Shown: positions 1-10,745, numbered from the stretch's first letter. The stretch: DNA of 58,353 bases from an uncultured Alphaproteobacteria bacterium (GCA_944390265.1 CALXPK010000006.1:1-58353), one strand, 5' to 3'. The notes: generated by a model from the sequence alone, not told the origin. A program made the numbers and translations.

Positions 1-320
1 GCTTTAATATCTTCCTTATATTCGGCATGTTGTTTTTCGGCCGAAGGTTGAAAAATCTCGCGCAAGGTTTTTTTGAAGTCTTTATCAACAACGGCATTTT
101 GCGCATTTTCCGCCGCATTTTGAGCGCCTTGCTCTTGGTCAATTTTCAAAACAGATGTTTTGGAAGAAGATTGTGCCAAAACAGAACATTTCTGATAAAA
201 GTCATCGCTTAAATTGCCGTTTTTGAAAGAAGCGGCAAGCTCTTCGGCTTTTTTTGCATCAATATTTTTGAGCTTTTGACAAAGCTCGTCAATTTGTTTT
301 TGTGTATAGGTCACAGCCAT
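1..320 (-). CDS. Hypothetical protein, N-terminal part (runs off the window start)
   Basis: ATG at 320 reads MAVTYTQKQIDELCQKLKNIDAKKAEELAASFKNG... with no stop before base 1; purine-rich RBS and a promoter upstream; absent from the ORF track because it is truncated. Confidence 0.7.
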   Translation of the reverse strand, partial: MAVTYTQKQIDELCQKLKNIDAKKAEELAASFKNGNLSDDFYQKCSVLAQSSSKTSVLKIDQEQGAQNAAENAQNAVVDKDFKKTLREIFQPSAEKQHAEYKEDIK

Positions 321-363
321 GGAAAAAATCCCCTTCTCACATCAAATCTTTTTCATTAGACGC

Positions 364-392
364 ATCATACCACAAAACAGATTCGCTGTCTA
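364..392 (-). promoter_or_regulatory. Sigma70-type promoter of the partial CDS
   Basis: TAGACA-N17-TATGAT on the minus strand. Confidence 0.5.
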
Positions 393-496
393 GGGCAAAT
401 TTTGTCCAAAATAGGCACAAAAACACCATGATTGAGCTTTTTTTGCGTTGATATCTTTGCTTTTTTGTTTGGTTAATTTCAGATTTGGGTATATAG

Positions 497-2989
<2,493 letters not shown>

Positions 2990-3019
2990 TCTGCCCAGAA
3001 AATCTGCCTAGAAAGGAAC

Positions 3020-3057
3020 AAACCCCCGAGTTTAGAATAAACTTCGGGGGTTTTTTT
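3020..3057. terminator. Intrinsic terminator between gyrB and the convergent gene
   Basis: AAACCCCCGAGTTT...AAACTTCGGGGGTTTTTTT hairpin with T tract. Confidence 0.8.
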
Positions 3058-3604
3058 AGTTAATACTGGTATAAAAGTAGATATTGCCGCTAAACCGCAG
3101 AAAATGTTTGATATTTGACAAACTGCAATTATTTTTTTCAAAATTAAAACACAATCCGCTGCATTCATCAACATTTTGATTAAAGAGCAAATATTTGTTT
3201 TGGTTAAAACAAGCGGAATATCCAAAGACAGAAAGCATTTGAGCAAGATTTTGCAAATTTCCTCTATTTCTGCGAAAAGTGCCAAAATTTTCTTCATCTA
3301 TAGGTTTAGCTTTGGCATGAATTTTTTTGCCAAAATCAAAAACCACTTCCGTTGTCACAGGCATGGGCAGGTCTTTCACCTCGTCAAAGGTCAGTGGTTT
3401 CACATAAAAAATGGTTTTATCAACCACAACCCCGACCAGCTCGCCCATATTAGGCGCAATTTTTTTGGTAATGATTTCTTTGCCGTCTTTAAAGAAAATC
3501 AAATCAAACGGAGAAACGCCGGAGATTCTTTCCAAATATTCTCTCACCTGAGCCACGGTAGGCCGGCAAGCATCAAAAATGCGAAAAATTTCTTCTTTTT
3601 CCAT
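3056..3604 (-). CDS. Hypothetical protein (182 aa), paralog of 4259..4801
   Basis: Aligns end to end with the 180-aa ORF (DAC.P...Q...YLERISG, FKDGK, GEL.G, DFGK..H.KA.P, LSVFGYS, GNIYF). Confidence 0.8.
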   Translation of the reverse strand: MEKEEIFRIFDACRPTVAQVREYLERISGVSPFDLIFFKDGKEIITKKIAPNMGELVGVVVDKTIFYVKPLTFDEVKDLPMPVTTEVVFDFGKKIHAKAKPIDEENFGTFRRNRGNLQNLAQMLSVFGYSACFNQNKYLLFNQNVDECSGLCFNFEKNNCSLSNIKHFLRFSGNIYFYTSIN

Positions 3605-3707
3605 AAAATAATTTTTTATAAAAATTAAACATATTTTTAGTTGATTAAGGCATAAGATTAAGCAGATAAAACCGATTTGTCAATCCATTATGCGGGAGAG
3701 AAAAAAG

Positions 3708-4205
3708 ATGAAATTTGCCATTATTTATTATAGTTTGAGCGGCCACACCAAAGAGATGGGCGAAGTCATTGCCGAAGGGATAAAAAAACAAGGCGGCGAG
3801 GTGCGCCTTTTTTCCATTATGGAAGAAATGGACGCAGAATATATCAATGCTTGTGATGGCGTTATTTTTGGCACCCCGACCTATTTGGCCAGCACCTGTT
3901 GGCAAATCAAAAAATGGTTGGAAGAAGACAGCCGCCCGCTGAAACTGGCCGGCAAATTGGCCGGCGTTTATGCCACCGCGCACTATGCCCAAGGCGGCGC
4001 AGATATCGCCATTATGAGTATCATCGGCCAACTTTTGGTCAAAGGTATGTTGGTTTATTCGGGCGGCGGTGCATGGGGTCAGCCTTACATCCACTTAGGG
4101 CCGGTGGCTTTGGACAAGGTTGACGGGCATTTTGAAAAGAGCAAGGAAATGTTTGCAATCTTTGGTGAGAGAATGGCGCAAAAAGCCAAAGACTTATTTG
4201 CCTAA
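3708..4205 (+). CDS. Flavodoxin / WrbA-like NAD(P)H-dependent FMN oxidoreductase
   Basis: YYSLSGHT FMN loop, GTPTY, LAGKLAG and HLGPV motifs. Confidence 0.88.
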   Translation: MKFAIIYYSLSGHTKEMGEVIAEGIKKQGGEVRLFSIMEEMDAEYINACDGVIFGTPTYLASTCWQIKKWLEEDSRPLKLAGKLAGVYATAHYAQGGADIAIMSIIGQLLVKGMLVYSGGGAWGQPYIHLGPVALDKVDGHFEKSKEMFAIFGERMAQKAKDLFA

Positions 4206-4212
4206 AGACAAC

Positions 4213-4248
4213 AAACCCCCGCAAGTTAAAAAAACTTCGGGGGATTTT
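4213..4248. terminator. Intrinsic terminator, homologous to 3020..3057
   Basis: AAACCCCCGCAAGTT...AACTTCGGGGGATTTT hairpin. Confidence 0.75.
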
Positions 4249-4258
4249 GTAATTTTTT

Positions 4259-4801
4259 TTAAAGGCTGACACAGAAATATATATTTCCGTAATCTTGTAA
4301 AAAATTGGAGATACTGAAATTTGAATAATTAGTGTCTTCAAATTCCAAGTCAAACAAAACAACATTACCGTCTTTAAAAAGCAAATAGCTGTTTTGCAAG
4401 GCGGGTATAGAATAACCAAAAACCGACAAGCGGTCGCACAAATTGGCATAAGATTTAGCTTTTTTAGCCACCATCAAAATTTGTTCTTTGGTAAGGGGGT
4501 TAGCTTTGGGATGAAGTTGTTTGCCAAAATCCAAAACATCTTGAAGCGAAAAATCTTTTTTGTTTTCAAGAGCCTCTTTGGTCAGCGCTTTGAAATAAAA
4601 AAGAGTTTTGCCGAACACAAAGCCGATGAGTTCACCCTGATTTGCCGCAATTTGAGAAGTGTTGAAAAGTTTTCCGTCTTTTTTGAAAACCAATTCAAAA
4701 GCCTCTGGCGTCTGACCGGAAATTCTTTCAAGATAAGCCTTAATCTGAGATATTGACGGATTGCACGCATCAATAATCTTAAATAATTCATTTGTTTTCA
4801 T
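4259..4801 (-). CDS. Hypothetical protein (180 aa), paralog of 3056..3604
   Basis: Full-length similarity to the 182-aa ORF; shared upstream sequence. Confidence 0.8.
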   Translation of the reverse strand: MKTNELFKIIDACNPSISQIKAYLERISGQTPEAFELVFKKDGKLFNTSQIAANQGELIGFVFGKTLFYFKALTKEALENKKDFSLQDVLDFGKQLHPKANPLTKEQILMVAKKAKSYANLCDRLSVFGYSIPALQNSYLLFKDGNVVLFDLEFEDTNYSNFSISNFLQDYGNIYFCVSL

Positions 4802-4960
4802 AAGATAATTTTTAAAAAATTAAACATATATTTATTTAGAGGTGAGATTCAATCTAATCTTAATAAAAATTTTGTCAAGAAAAAAACCCGATTTTGGTTG
4901 ACTTGTAAAAGTGCTTCGTCCTAAACTGAAGCAAACAAAAAATTTTTTAAGGTCAAAACA

Positions 4961-6076
4961 ATGTTTTCAAAATTTAAACTTGCTTTTCTTTCCGCCTTGT
5001 TGTGCAGTTCAGCGGCTATTGCCGGTGAATGGCAAACCGGCGGGCAAGGAAGCGCCACCGGCTTATATGGCTATACCGAGCCCTCAAGCCGCTATGATGA
5101 ACAAAACAGCCACAATCACGGGGTTGGCGATGCCAAATTGAGTGCTTATGCCAAATATCTGTTTGGCACAGATTGGGAGGCAGGTCTTTATGCCGACTTA
5201 ATGCTGGGTGTGGACCACGAGTTGGAAGACTACAACCAAGGCAAATGGGGCGAAGAAGTTTATGGCATTGTTGACAGCTCTTATGGCCGCTTGATGATTG
5301 GTCAAACCTGGAACGTGGCCGCCCAATTTCACACCGGCGCACCCGATGCCGGCCCGTTAGGGATTGAAAACAGCGATATAGTAGATTTTATTTTTAATCC
5401 CAACTGGCAAAGAAAAGGCAGCAATGCCCGCTTTGCCACCCTGAACACCACCTATATCAATACCGATGGTGTGGCGCCCAAAATAAGCTATATCACGCCG
5501 GAATATTATGGCACCATGCTTGGTTTTACCTATGTGCCGGAAACATACAACCGCCGCGGTTTGGTCAGCAAATCAGCCAATTATGAAGACAAAGGCGGTT
5601 ATATTGTCAGCTTGTATAATTATTTGGATTTTGACATTTTCAATGTAACCACCACCTTGGGCTATGCCGATTTTGTTGATAATGATCAAGAATATTCAGC
5701 CGGCATGAGCCTATCGCGCGGCAACTGGACATTAGGCGGCGGCTGGCGCATGACCGAAGCCGATGATAAAAACCCCGTTTCTGCTAATGCCGATATGCCG
5801 GAGTTTTTTGACGGTTATCGTGAAGGCTATGCTTGGAACGTGGGCTTGGGCTATGAGATTGGGCCGTATAAAACCTCTTTGTCCTATTTTGAATCTCATG
5901 CCAAAGAAAGTGATAATGAAGACAAAATTTTGATGTTCTCCAACCGCTATCAGGTCAATAAAAACTTGGATGTTTATTTGAGCGCCGCCAAAGTTGATTT
6001 CCGCGGCCAAAATCGTGAAGTCAGCCAAAACAACAAAGGCTATGCGGTGGTGAGCGGCTTGAGTCTGAATTTCTAG
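4961..6076 (+). CDS. Outer-membrane porin (Gram-negative porin family)
   Basis: Signal peptide, YGRLMIGQ, KISYITP, amphipathic beta strands and C-terminal Phe (GLSLNF). Confidence 0.88.
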   Translation: MFSKFKLAFLSALLCSSAAIAGEWQTGGQGSATGLYGYTEPSSRYDEQNSHNHGVGDAKLSAYAKYLFGTDWEAGLYADLMLGVDHELEDYNQGKWGEEVYGIVDSSYGRLMIGQTWNVAAQFHTGAPDAGPLGIENSDIVDFIFNPNWQRKGSNARFATLNTTYINTDGVAPKISYITPEYYGTMLGFTYVPETYNRRGLVSKSANYEDKGGYIVSLYNYLDFDIFNVTTTLGYADFVDNDQEYSAGMSLSRGNWTLGGGWRMTEADDKNPVSANADMPEFFDGYREGYAWNVGLGYEIGPYKTSLSYFESHAKESDNEDKILMFSNRYQVNKNLDVYLSAAKVDFRGQNREVSQNNKGYAVVSGLSLNF

Positions 6077-6085
6077 GAGAGAAAA

Positions 6086-6715
6086 ATGCCAAATATTTTG
6101 CTATTGTCGGATAACAAAGATTTTGCCGCAGATTTGAGCGAGCAAATTATGCTTTATGCGCACGATTTTACGGTTTTGCCTCAAGATGATGAAAACAGCC
6201 TGATAGATATGATAATTTTGGATGAAAAGGCAGAAAACTTGGAAAACTTGCGTGCCCATCACCCCAACACGCCGATAATTTTGCTGCAAAAAGAAGGCGA
6301 TGATTCGGTGACAAGCTCGGTTTTGAATCATGTCATTTTTAAGCCATTGTCTTTGGAAAAATTGTTGAACCAAATTCAAGCCGGCATCAATTTGCTGGAC
6401 AATTCCGAAGCCGGATATTTGAGCTTTAACCGCTATGAGCTTCGCCCCCTGCAAAAAGAAATTTACAATGAGCGTAATGGCGAAACCATCAAGCTGACCG
6501 AAAAAGAAGTGGCGATTATCAAATTTTTGTATAAAAACAAAGACAAAATCGTCGCCAAGAATGATTTGTTGCAAGAAGTTTGGGGCTATAGTCCGGATGT
6601 CAGCACCCATACGATAGAAACCCATATATACCGCCTGCGCCAAAAGGTGGAACATGATGACGCCTCGGCACAACTGATTGTCACCGAAGACGGCGGATAT
6701 AAATTGGTATTATAA
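6086..6715 (+). CDS. OmpR/PhoB-family response regulator (orphan, short receiver domain)
   Basis: DMIILD and IFKP receiver motifs; winged helix LTEKE...LLQEVWGY...THTIETHIYRLRQK. Confidence 0.9.
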   Translation: MPNILLLSDNKDFAADLSEQIMLYAHDFTVLPQDDENSLIDMIILDEKAENLENLRAHHPNTPIILLQKEGDDSVTSSVLNHVIFKPLSLEKLLNQIQAGINLLDNSEAGYLSFNRYELRPLQKEIYNERNGETIKLTEKEVAIIKFLYKNKDKIVAKNDLLQEVWGYSPDVSTHTIETHIYRLRQKVEHDDASAQLIVTEDGGYKLVL

Positions 6716-6742
6716 AAAAAGGCGGAGTTTTCTCCGCCTTTT
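6716..6742. terminator. Bidirectional intrinsic terminator
   Basis: AAAAAGGCGGAG-TTTT-CTCCGCCTTTT. Confidence 0.85.
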
Positions 6743-6746
6743 GCTT

Positions 6747-7164
6747 TCATTTTTCAGGATATAAATTGACATTGACTTCTTCATCTAAATAATACATATC
6801 GCCGGTCAAAGGGTCGATAATCAAATAGCCGATTAAACCGCCGATGAGGATATTTCCGGCATAATACCAGCCGCTCACGTGCCAATCTATAATGGTTGTT
6901 TGGGTTTTGTAGCCGTCTTTGGAAGCAATCACGGTATATTTTTGTGGGTCAAAATAGCCGCCGGCCGCCGTTTTAAGGTTAACTGTGGTTGGGGTTTGCC
7001 CTTCAAAAATGGTTTGTCCGTATCTATCCAAAATTTTGATATCTACTTTTTCCAAATTGGCCTTGATAGGCACGGTTTGCGAATTTTCACGCATCACCGT
7101 GGCACAAGAAGCAAGTATTGCGGTAAAAACACCGCAAAAAAACAAATAAAACAGTTTTTTTCAT
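6747..7164 (-). pseudogene. Lipoprotein gene with a +1 frameshift in an A7 tract right after the start codon (pseudogene, phase-off allele or sequencing error)
   Basis: RBS AAAGGA precedes ATG at 7164; ATG-A7-CTG is out of frame with the 132-aa ORF; with A6 it reads MKKLFYLFFCGVFTAILASC, a lipoprotein signal with a LASC lipobox; the body has a WY..GNILIGGLIGYLIIDPLTGDMY glycine-rich segment. Confidence 0.7.
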
Positions 7165-7190
7165 CAGAACATCCTTTGTTTGAATAAATA

Positions 7191-7392
7191 AAACAAAACC
7201 CACCGAAAAAGGTGGGCGGATGTTCGAAAACCGTTCATAGATAAAGACGGCCCGGCCTATTTGGCACAAAGCCTTATTCAGCCGACATCCGTCCGTGACA
7301 GAAGTCGGCATATTATTTATGAGTCGCTATATACAAGCGACTATCTATGAATAGGGTTTTCGACGCCCTAACGCTCATCTCTAAGCGTCAAC
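7191..7392 (-). ncRNA. Highly structured leader RNA, C4-antisense/ash-like, ending in a terminator
   Basis: Long-range IR TCGAAAACC/TTCATAGATA (7224-7243) with TATCTATGAA/GGTTTTCGA (7342-7363); internal hairpins at 7281-7309, 7322-7342 and 7369-7390; CCCACC/GGTGGG hairpin (7199-7216) plus U tract; TATAAT at 7398-7403. Confidence 0.55.
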
Positions 7393-7430
7393 AAAAGATT
7401 ATAAGGGAAATATAAAAAAGTAAAGTTTTT

Positions 7431-7868
7431 TTATTTTAAACCGAGTTCTTTATGAAAATATTTCAAACTGCAATACTCAAGCAAAGAATTATCATCTATC
7501 TTATTTTCATAGCGTTTTTTATATATTTTGATAAAAGTTTTAACTTTTTGCATAACAACATATTCTTTGCCCAAGAAAAAACGATAATCTTCACGACGAA
7601 TTGTTGGGTTTGTGATGGAATTAATATATTTGTTTCTGTTTTCATCAGAAATAACAACAGCTTTTGTAAAGTCAAGTCCTCCGTTTGTATGTGGAACGCG
7701 CATAACATATCTGTTATATTTGTTAAAATTAGAACGCAAGGGAACGGCAACCAAAATATTATCAATCTCACAAACAGAAAAACAATAAGGACGTTTGTCC
7801 TTAATCAAAATTTGTTCACATTCGGCATAGTCTGCATAAAATTGTTCTGTAAGAAAATGAAATTTCAT
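7431..7868 (-). CDS. tenpN: Type III toxin-antitoxin endoribonuclease toxin, TenpN family
   Basis: FLTEQFYADY...KRPY...AVPLRSN...GLDFTKAVVI...SLKYFHKELG matches the TenpN pattern; preceded by a repeat array and terminator. Confidence 0.85.
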   Translation of the reverse strand: MKFHFLTEQFYADYAECEQILIKDKRPYCFSVCEIDNILVAVPLRSNFNKYNRYVMRVPHTNGGLDFTKAVVISDENRNKYINSITNPTIRREDYRFFLGKEYVVMQKVKTFIKIYKKRYENKIDDNSLLEYCSLKYFHKELGLK

Positions 7869-7880
7869 AAAAAAATACCT

Positions 7881-7912
7881 AAAAAAATCAATACCCCTAA
7901 AAGGGGTATTGA
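7881..7912 (-). terminator. Terminator between the antitoxin repeats and the toxin gene
   Basis: TCAATACCCCT-AAA-AGGGGTATTGA perfect hairpin followed by T7 on the minus strand. Confidence 0.85.
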
Positions 7913-7926
7913 ATGTAGTAGTAAAT

Positions 7927-8028
7927 CTGTTTGAGCTTTTTTTATATTATCCTGCTCGCGGCTCTGCGAGCATTACTCCGTTTGAGCTTTTTTTATATTA
8001 TCCTGCTCGCGGCTCTGCGAGCATTACT
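7927..8028 (-). ncRNA. tenpI: Type III antitoxin RNA array (TenpI-like), two repeats with 51-nt period
   Basis: 7929-7977 is identical to 7980-8028; unit AGUAAUGCUCGCAGAGCCGCGAGCAGGAUAAUAUAAAAAAAGCUCAAAC has stem UGCUCGC/GCGAGCA, and loop GAGC can pair with downstream GCUC (H-type pseudoknot). Confidence 0.85.
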
Positions 8029-8038
8029 ACATATAATA

Positions 8039-8067
8039 TATGTAACATAAAAAAAGAAAAAAGTCAA
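8039..8067 (-). promoter_or_regulatory. Probable promoter of the type III TA locus
   Basis: TTGACT-N17-TACATA preceded by TGn; the -10 match is imperfect. Confidence 0.4.
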
Positions 8068-8072
8068 TATAA

Positions 8073-8885
8073 CTATAACCCTTTCTTAATTTCCACCACC
8101 ACCGGCACATGGTCGGACGGACGCTCACCGGCGCGCCAATCTTTCAAAATTTTGTAGCTGACCACGCGGTCTTTGAGGTTGGGTGAAACCCAAACATGGT
8201 CCAAACGCCGCCCTTTATTGTTGGTCTGCCAGTTGGGGTTGCGATAGCTCCACCAGGTGAAAATCTTTTCCGGCTCGGGGTGAAATTCACGTGCAATATC
8301 CACAAAATTAAGCGAGGCTTTAAGGCGGTTCAGGCGTTCCACCTCAATCGGCGTGTGTGATACGATTTTTAAAAGCTGTTTGTGATTCCACACATCATTT
8401 TCATAAGGAGCCACGTTAAAATCACCGCAAAGCAGCATTTTTTTGTTTTTAAGCTCGCTTTTGTGCTGCTCAAAGTATTCGGATATATCATCCATAAATG
8501 TCAGCTTGTGCGCAAAGGAAAGATTCTCTATCGGGTCGGGAATATCGCCGCCCGCCGGAATATAAATATCGTTGATTTCAATATCGTCAAACACGCATGC
8601 TTTGATATGGCGTGCGTCATGCTTGCCGACCCAGTCGCAACGTGCCACATTTTGCAACGGCTCTTTGCTCAAAATCGCCACCCCGTTATAACCGGCCATG
8701 CCGTAAAGCGCAATGTTGGGGTATCCCAAGGCACGAATGTCCTCAAAGGGAAAATCTTCTTCTTTGGCTTTCACCTCTTGCAGGCAAATAATGTTCGGAT
8801 TCTCGGTTTCAACCAGTTTTTTCAGCGCCTCCATGCGGATTCGGATGGAGTTGGCGTTCCATGTGGCGAGTTTGAATGTCGTCAT
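8073..8885 (-). CDS. xthA: Exodeoxyribonuclease III
   Basis: ATWNANSIR, CLQEVK, YNGVAILS, CGDFNVAP, FTWWSYR, GRRLDHVW and PSDHVPV motifs. Confidence 0.96.
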   Translation of the reverse strand: MTTFKLATWNANSIRIRMEALKKLVETENPNIICLQEVKAKEEDFPFEDIRALGYPNIALYGMAGYNGVAILSKEPLQNVARCDWVGKHDARHIKACVFDDIEINDIYIPAGGDIPDPIENLSFAHKLTFMDDISEYFEQHKSELKNKKMLLCGDFNVAPYENDVWNHKQLLKIVSHTPIEVERLNRLKASLNFVDIAREFHPEPEKIFTWWSYRNPNWQTNNKGRRLDHVWVSPNLKDRVVSYKILKDWRAGERPSDHVPVVVEIKKGL

Positions 8886-8888
8886 TTT

Positions 8889-9509
8889 TTATCTTTTCTT
8901 ATAGTTAAGCGGATTCTTTTTGTCTTTGCGGAATTGGAAGAGTTTGTTGTCCAAATCAACATCTTTTTGCGCGCCGTAGAGCGAAACCGTCACTTCCACC
9001 GATTGCGGGTCAGTCACTTTCCATTGTTTGAGCTCAAACGGGTCTTTGTTAAAAATGAGCGTGATGGGGTTAATATCTTTCTTTTGCGGATATTCCACCA
9101 CAATCATAATCGTGCCGCGGTCTTCATAAAAGTCGATAACCTTAAGGTTGCGCCCGTCAATTTTGATGTCATTGGCCAGAATGAGTGTGGCCGGAATATC
9201 GTCATAGTCAATATGGGTCACTTGGTCGAGCTCTTTGTCATTATAAACAATAAACTCGCCGTTGCCGATGATGTCCACATCAACCGGTGCGCCATATTCC
9301 ATGCGAATTTTGTTGGGTTTGGCAATATAAATTTTGCCCTCGGCGGTAGAACCGTTGCTGGCGGTTTGCACAAAATCCGCCTCTAAGGTTTTCAGATTGT
9401 TGAGGTACGATTCAATCTGGGCAATTTGTTCGGCGCTAGGTTGCGTTGCCGCTTGCACGTTGAAAGCAGATAAACTCAAAAACAAAAGCAAAGTCAAAAT
9501 TTTTTTCAT
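8889..9509 (-). CDS. lolA: Outer-membrane lipoprotein carrier LolA
   Basis: Signal peptide, LEADFVQ, KPNKIRMEY; alphaproteobacterial lolA-xthA synteny. Confidence 0.9.
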   Translation of the reverse strand: MKKILTLLLFLSLSAFNVQAATQPSAEQIAQIESYLNNLKTLEADFVQTASNGSTAEGKIYIAKPNKIRMEYGAPVDVDIIGNGEFIVYNDKELDQVTHIDYDDIPATLILANDIKIDGRNLKVIDFYEDRGTIMIVVEYPQKKDINPITLIFNKDPFELKQWKVTDPQSVEVTVSLYGAQKDVDLDNKLFQFRKDKKNPLNYKKR

Positions 9510-9524
9510 ATTGTCAAAACCTTT

Positions 9525-10448
9525 TTAAGCGTTGCGAGCTTTGAAAATGCCATTTTCAAAACCTTGAATTTCTTTGTTGGTTTCCGCCATTTCCAAGCGT
9601 TTTTCGGTGAGGGCGGCATATTCTTTTTCTCTTTCGATTCCAATATAGTTTCGATTCAGTTTTTTTGCAACCACCGAAGTTGTGCCCGAGCCGACAAACG
9701 GGTCAAGAACAACATCACCCTCGTTGCTGGAAGCCAAGATAAGTTTGGCAATCAGCTTTTCCGGCTTTTGGGTGGGGTGGTTGGTATTTTCTGGCATCGA
9801 CCAGAAGGGAATGGAAATATCGGTCCAAATGTTGGACGGGTGGGTCAGGCGGGTTTTGTGTGTGCCGTCATCAACCCAGTCTTTAGGTTGGCCGTTTTTA
9901 TCGCGATAAGGCGCAATCACGGGGCGTTGAATTTTCACCGCATCCAAATTGAAGGTATAATCTTTGCTTTTGGTAAAAAACCAAATATCTTCAAGGCAGT
10001 TTTTCCAGTTGTTGAGCGCGCCGCGGCCTTTTTCCCGCTCCCAAGAAATGCGGTTTTGCAAAAGAAAATATTTTCCCGCCACTTCCGGAATGGCAATCGA
10101 GGTCTTCCAGTCCGCGCAAATATAAATCGAGCCGTTTTCTTTGAGGAGCCTTGCCGTTTTTTTGAGCCATTTATCCAGCCATTTTTTATATTCTTCCAAG
10201 CCCATTTCTTTGAAAGTTGAGCCGGAAAAATTTTTGGTCAGATTGTATGGCGGGTCAACAATAATCAAATCAACCGAAGCCTCAGGCAACAAATCAAGCG
10301 CTTTGAAGGTGTCTTGCCACAAGGTCTTGTTCAAGACAAAATCCAAAGAAACCCGTGCCGAAATTTTAAGCGCTCTTTTAGCATAAGCATTAATCTCGGC
10401 CTTGGTCAGTTCAATGGTTTTGTTGCGGGGGGCTTTGTCTTTTTTCAT
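9525..10448 (-). CDS. Orphan site-specific DNA methyltransferase (N6A/N4C, beta class)
   Basis: DPPYN catalytic motif precedes HPTQKPE and VLDPFVGSGTT SAM-binding motifs; no adjacent endonuclease. Confidence 0.92.
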   Translation of the reverse strand: MKKDKAPRNKTIELTKAEINAYAKRALKISARVSLDFVLNKTLWQDTFKALDLLPEASVDLIIVDPPYNLTKNFSGSTFKEMGLEEYKKWLDKWLKKTARLLKENGSIYICADWKTSIAIPEVAGKYFLLQNRISWEREKGRGALNNWKNCLEDIWFFTKSKDYTFNLDAVKIQRPVIAPYRDKNGQPKDWVDDGTHKTRLTHPSNIWTDISIPFWSMPENTNHPTQKPEKLIAKLILASSNEGDVVLDPFVGSGTTSVVAKKLNRNYIGIEREKEYAALTEKRLEMAETNKEIQGFENGIFKARNA

Positions 10449-10461
10449 GGAAAAAAACGAA

Positions 10462-10743
10462 TTATTCTTCGCCAAATTTGTTGTTAACCAAATCGGTAAT
10501 GGCTTGCAAGGCTTCTTTGGCTTGTGCGCCGGAGCAGTTAACTTTGATGGTGGTGCCTTTGGAGGCAGCCAGCATCATCAAACCCATAATCGAGCAACCG
10601 CTCACGGTTTGGCCGATTCTTTCAACTTCAACTTCGCAATCAAACGGCGCCACGGTTTTTACAAAAGCGGCAGCGGCGCGTGCGTGCAAACCTTTTTTAT
10701 TTTGAATTTCAAGTTCGGCGGTCAGAACATTATCATCAGACAT
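10462..10743 (-). CDS. ptsH: Phosphocarrier protein HPr/NPr
   Basis: GLHARAAA (His15) and SIMGLMMLAA (Ser46) motifs. Confidence 0.93.
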   Translation of the reverse strand: MSDDNVLTAELEIQNKKGLHARAAAAFVKTVAPFDCEVEVERIGQTVSGCSIMGLMMLAASKGTTIKVNCSGAQAKEALQAITDLVNNKFGEE

Positions 10744-10745
10744 GG

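Noticed and set aside
7927-8028. 51-bp repeats as a CRISPR array or as the coding repeat of ORF 7909..8157
   Set aside because: The repeats are contiguous without unique spacers and no cas genes are present; the pseudoknot, terminator and toxin context fit a type III antitoxin; the plus-strand ORF is a by-product of the 51-nt period
9525-10448. Methyltransferase as CcrM
   Set aside because: About 307 aa, lacking the C-terminal extension typical of CcrM; specificity cannot be read from the sequence
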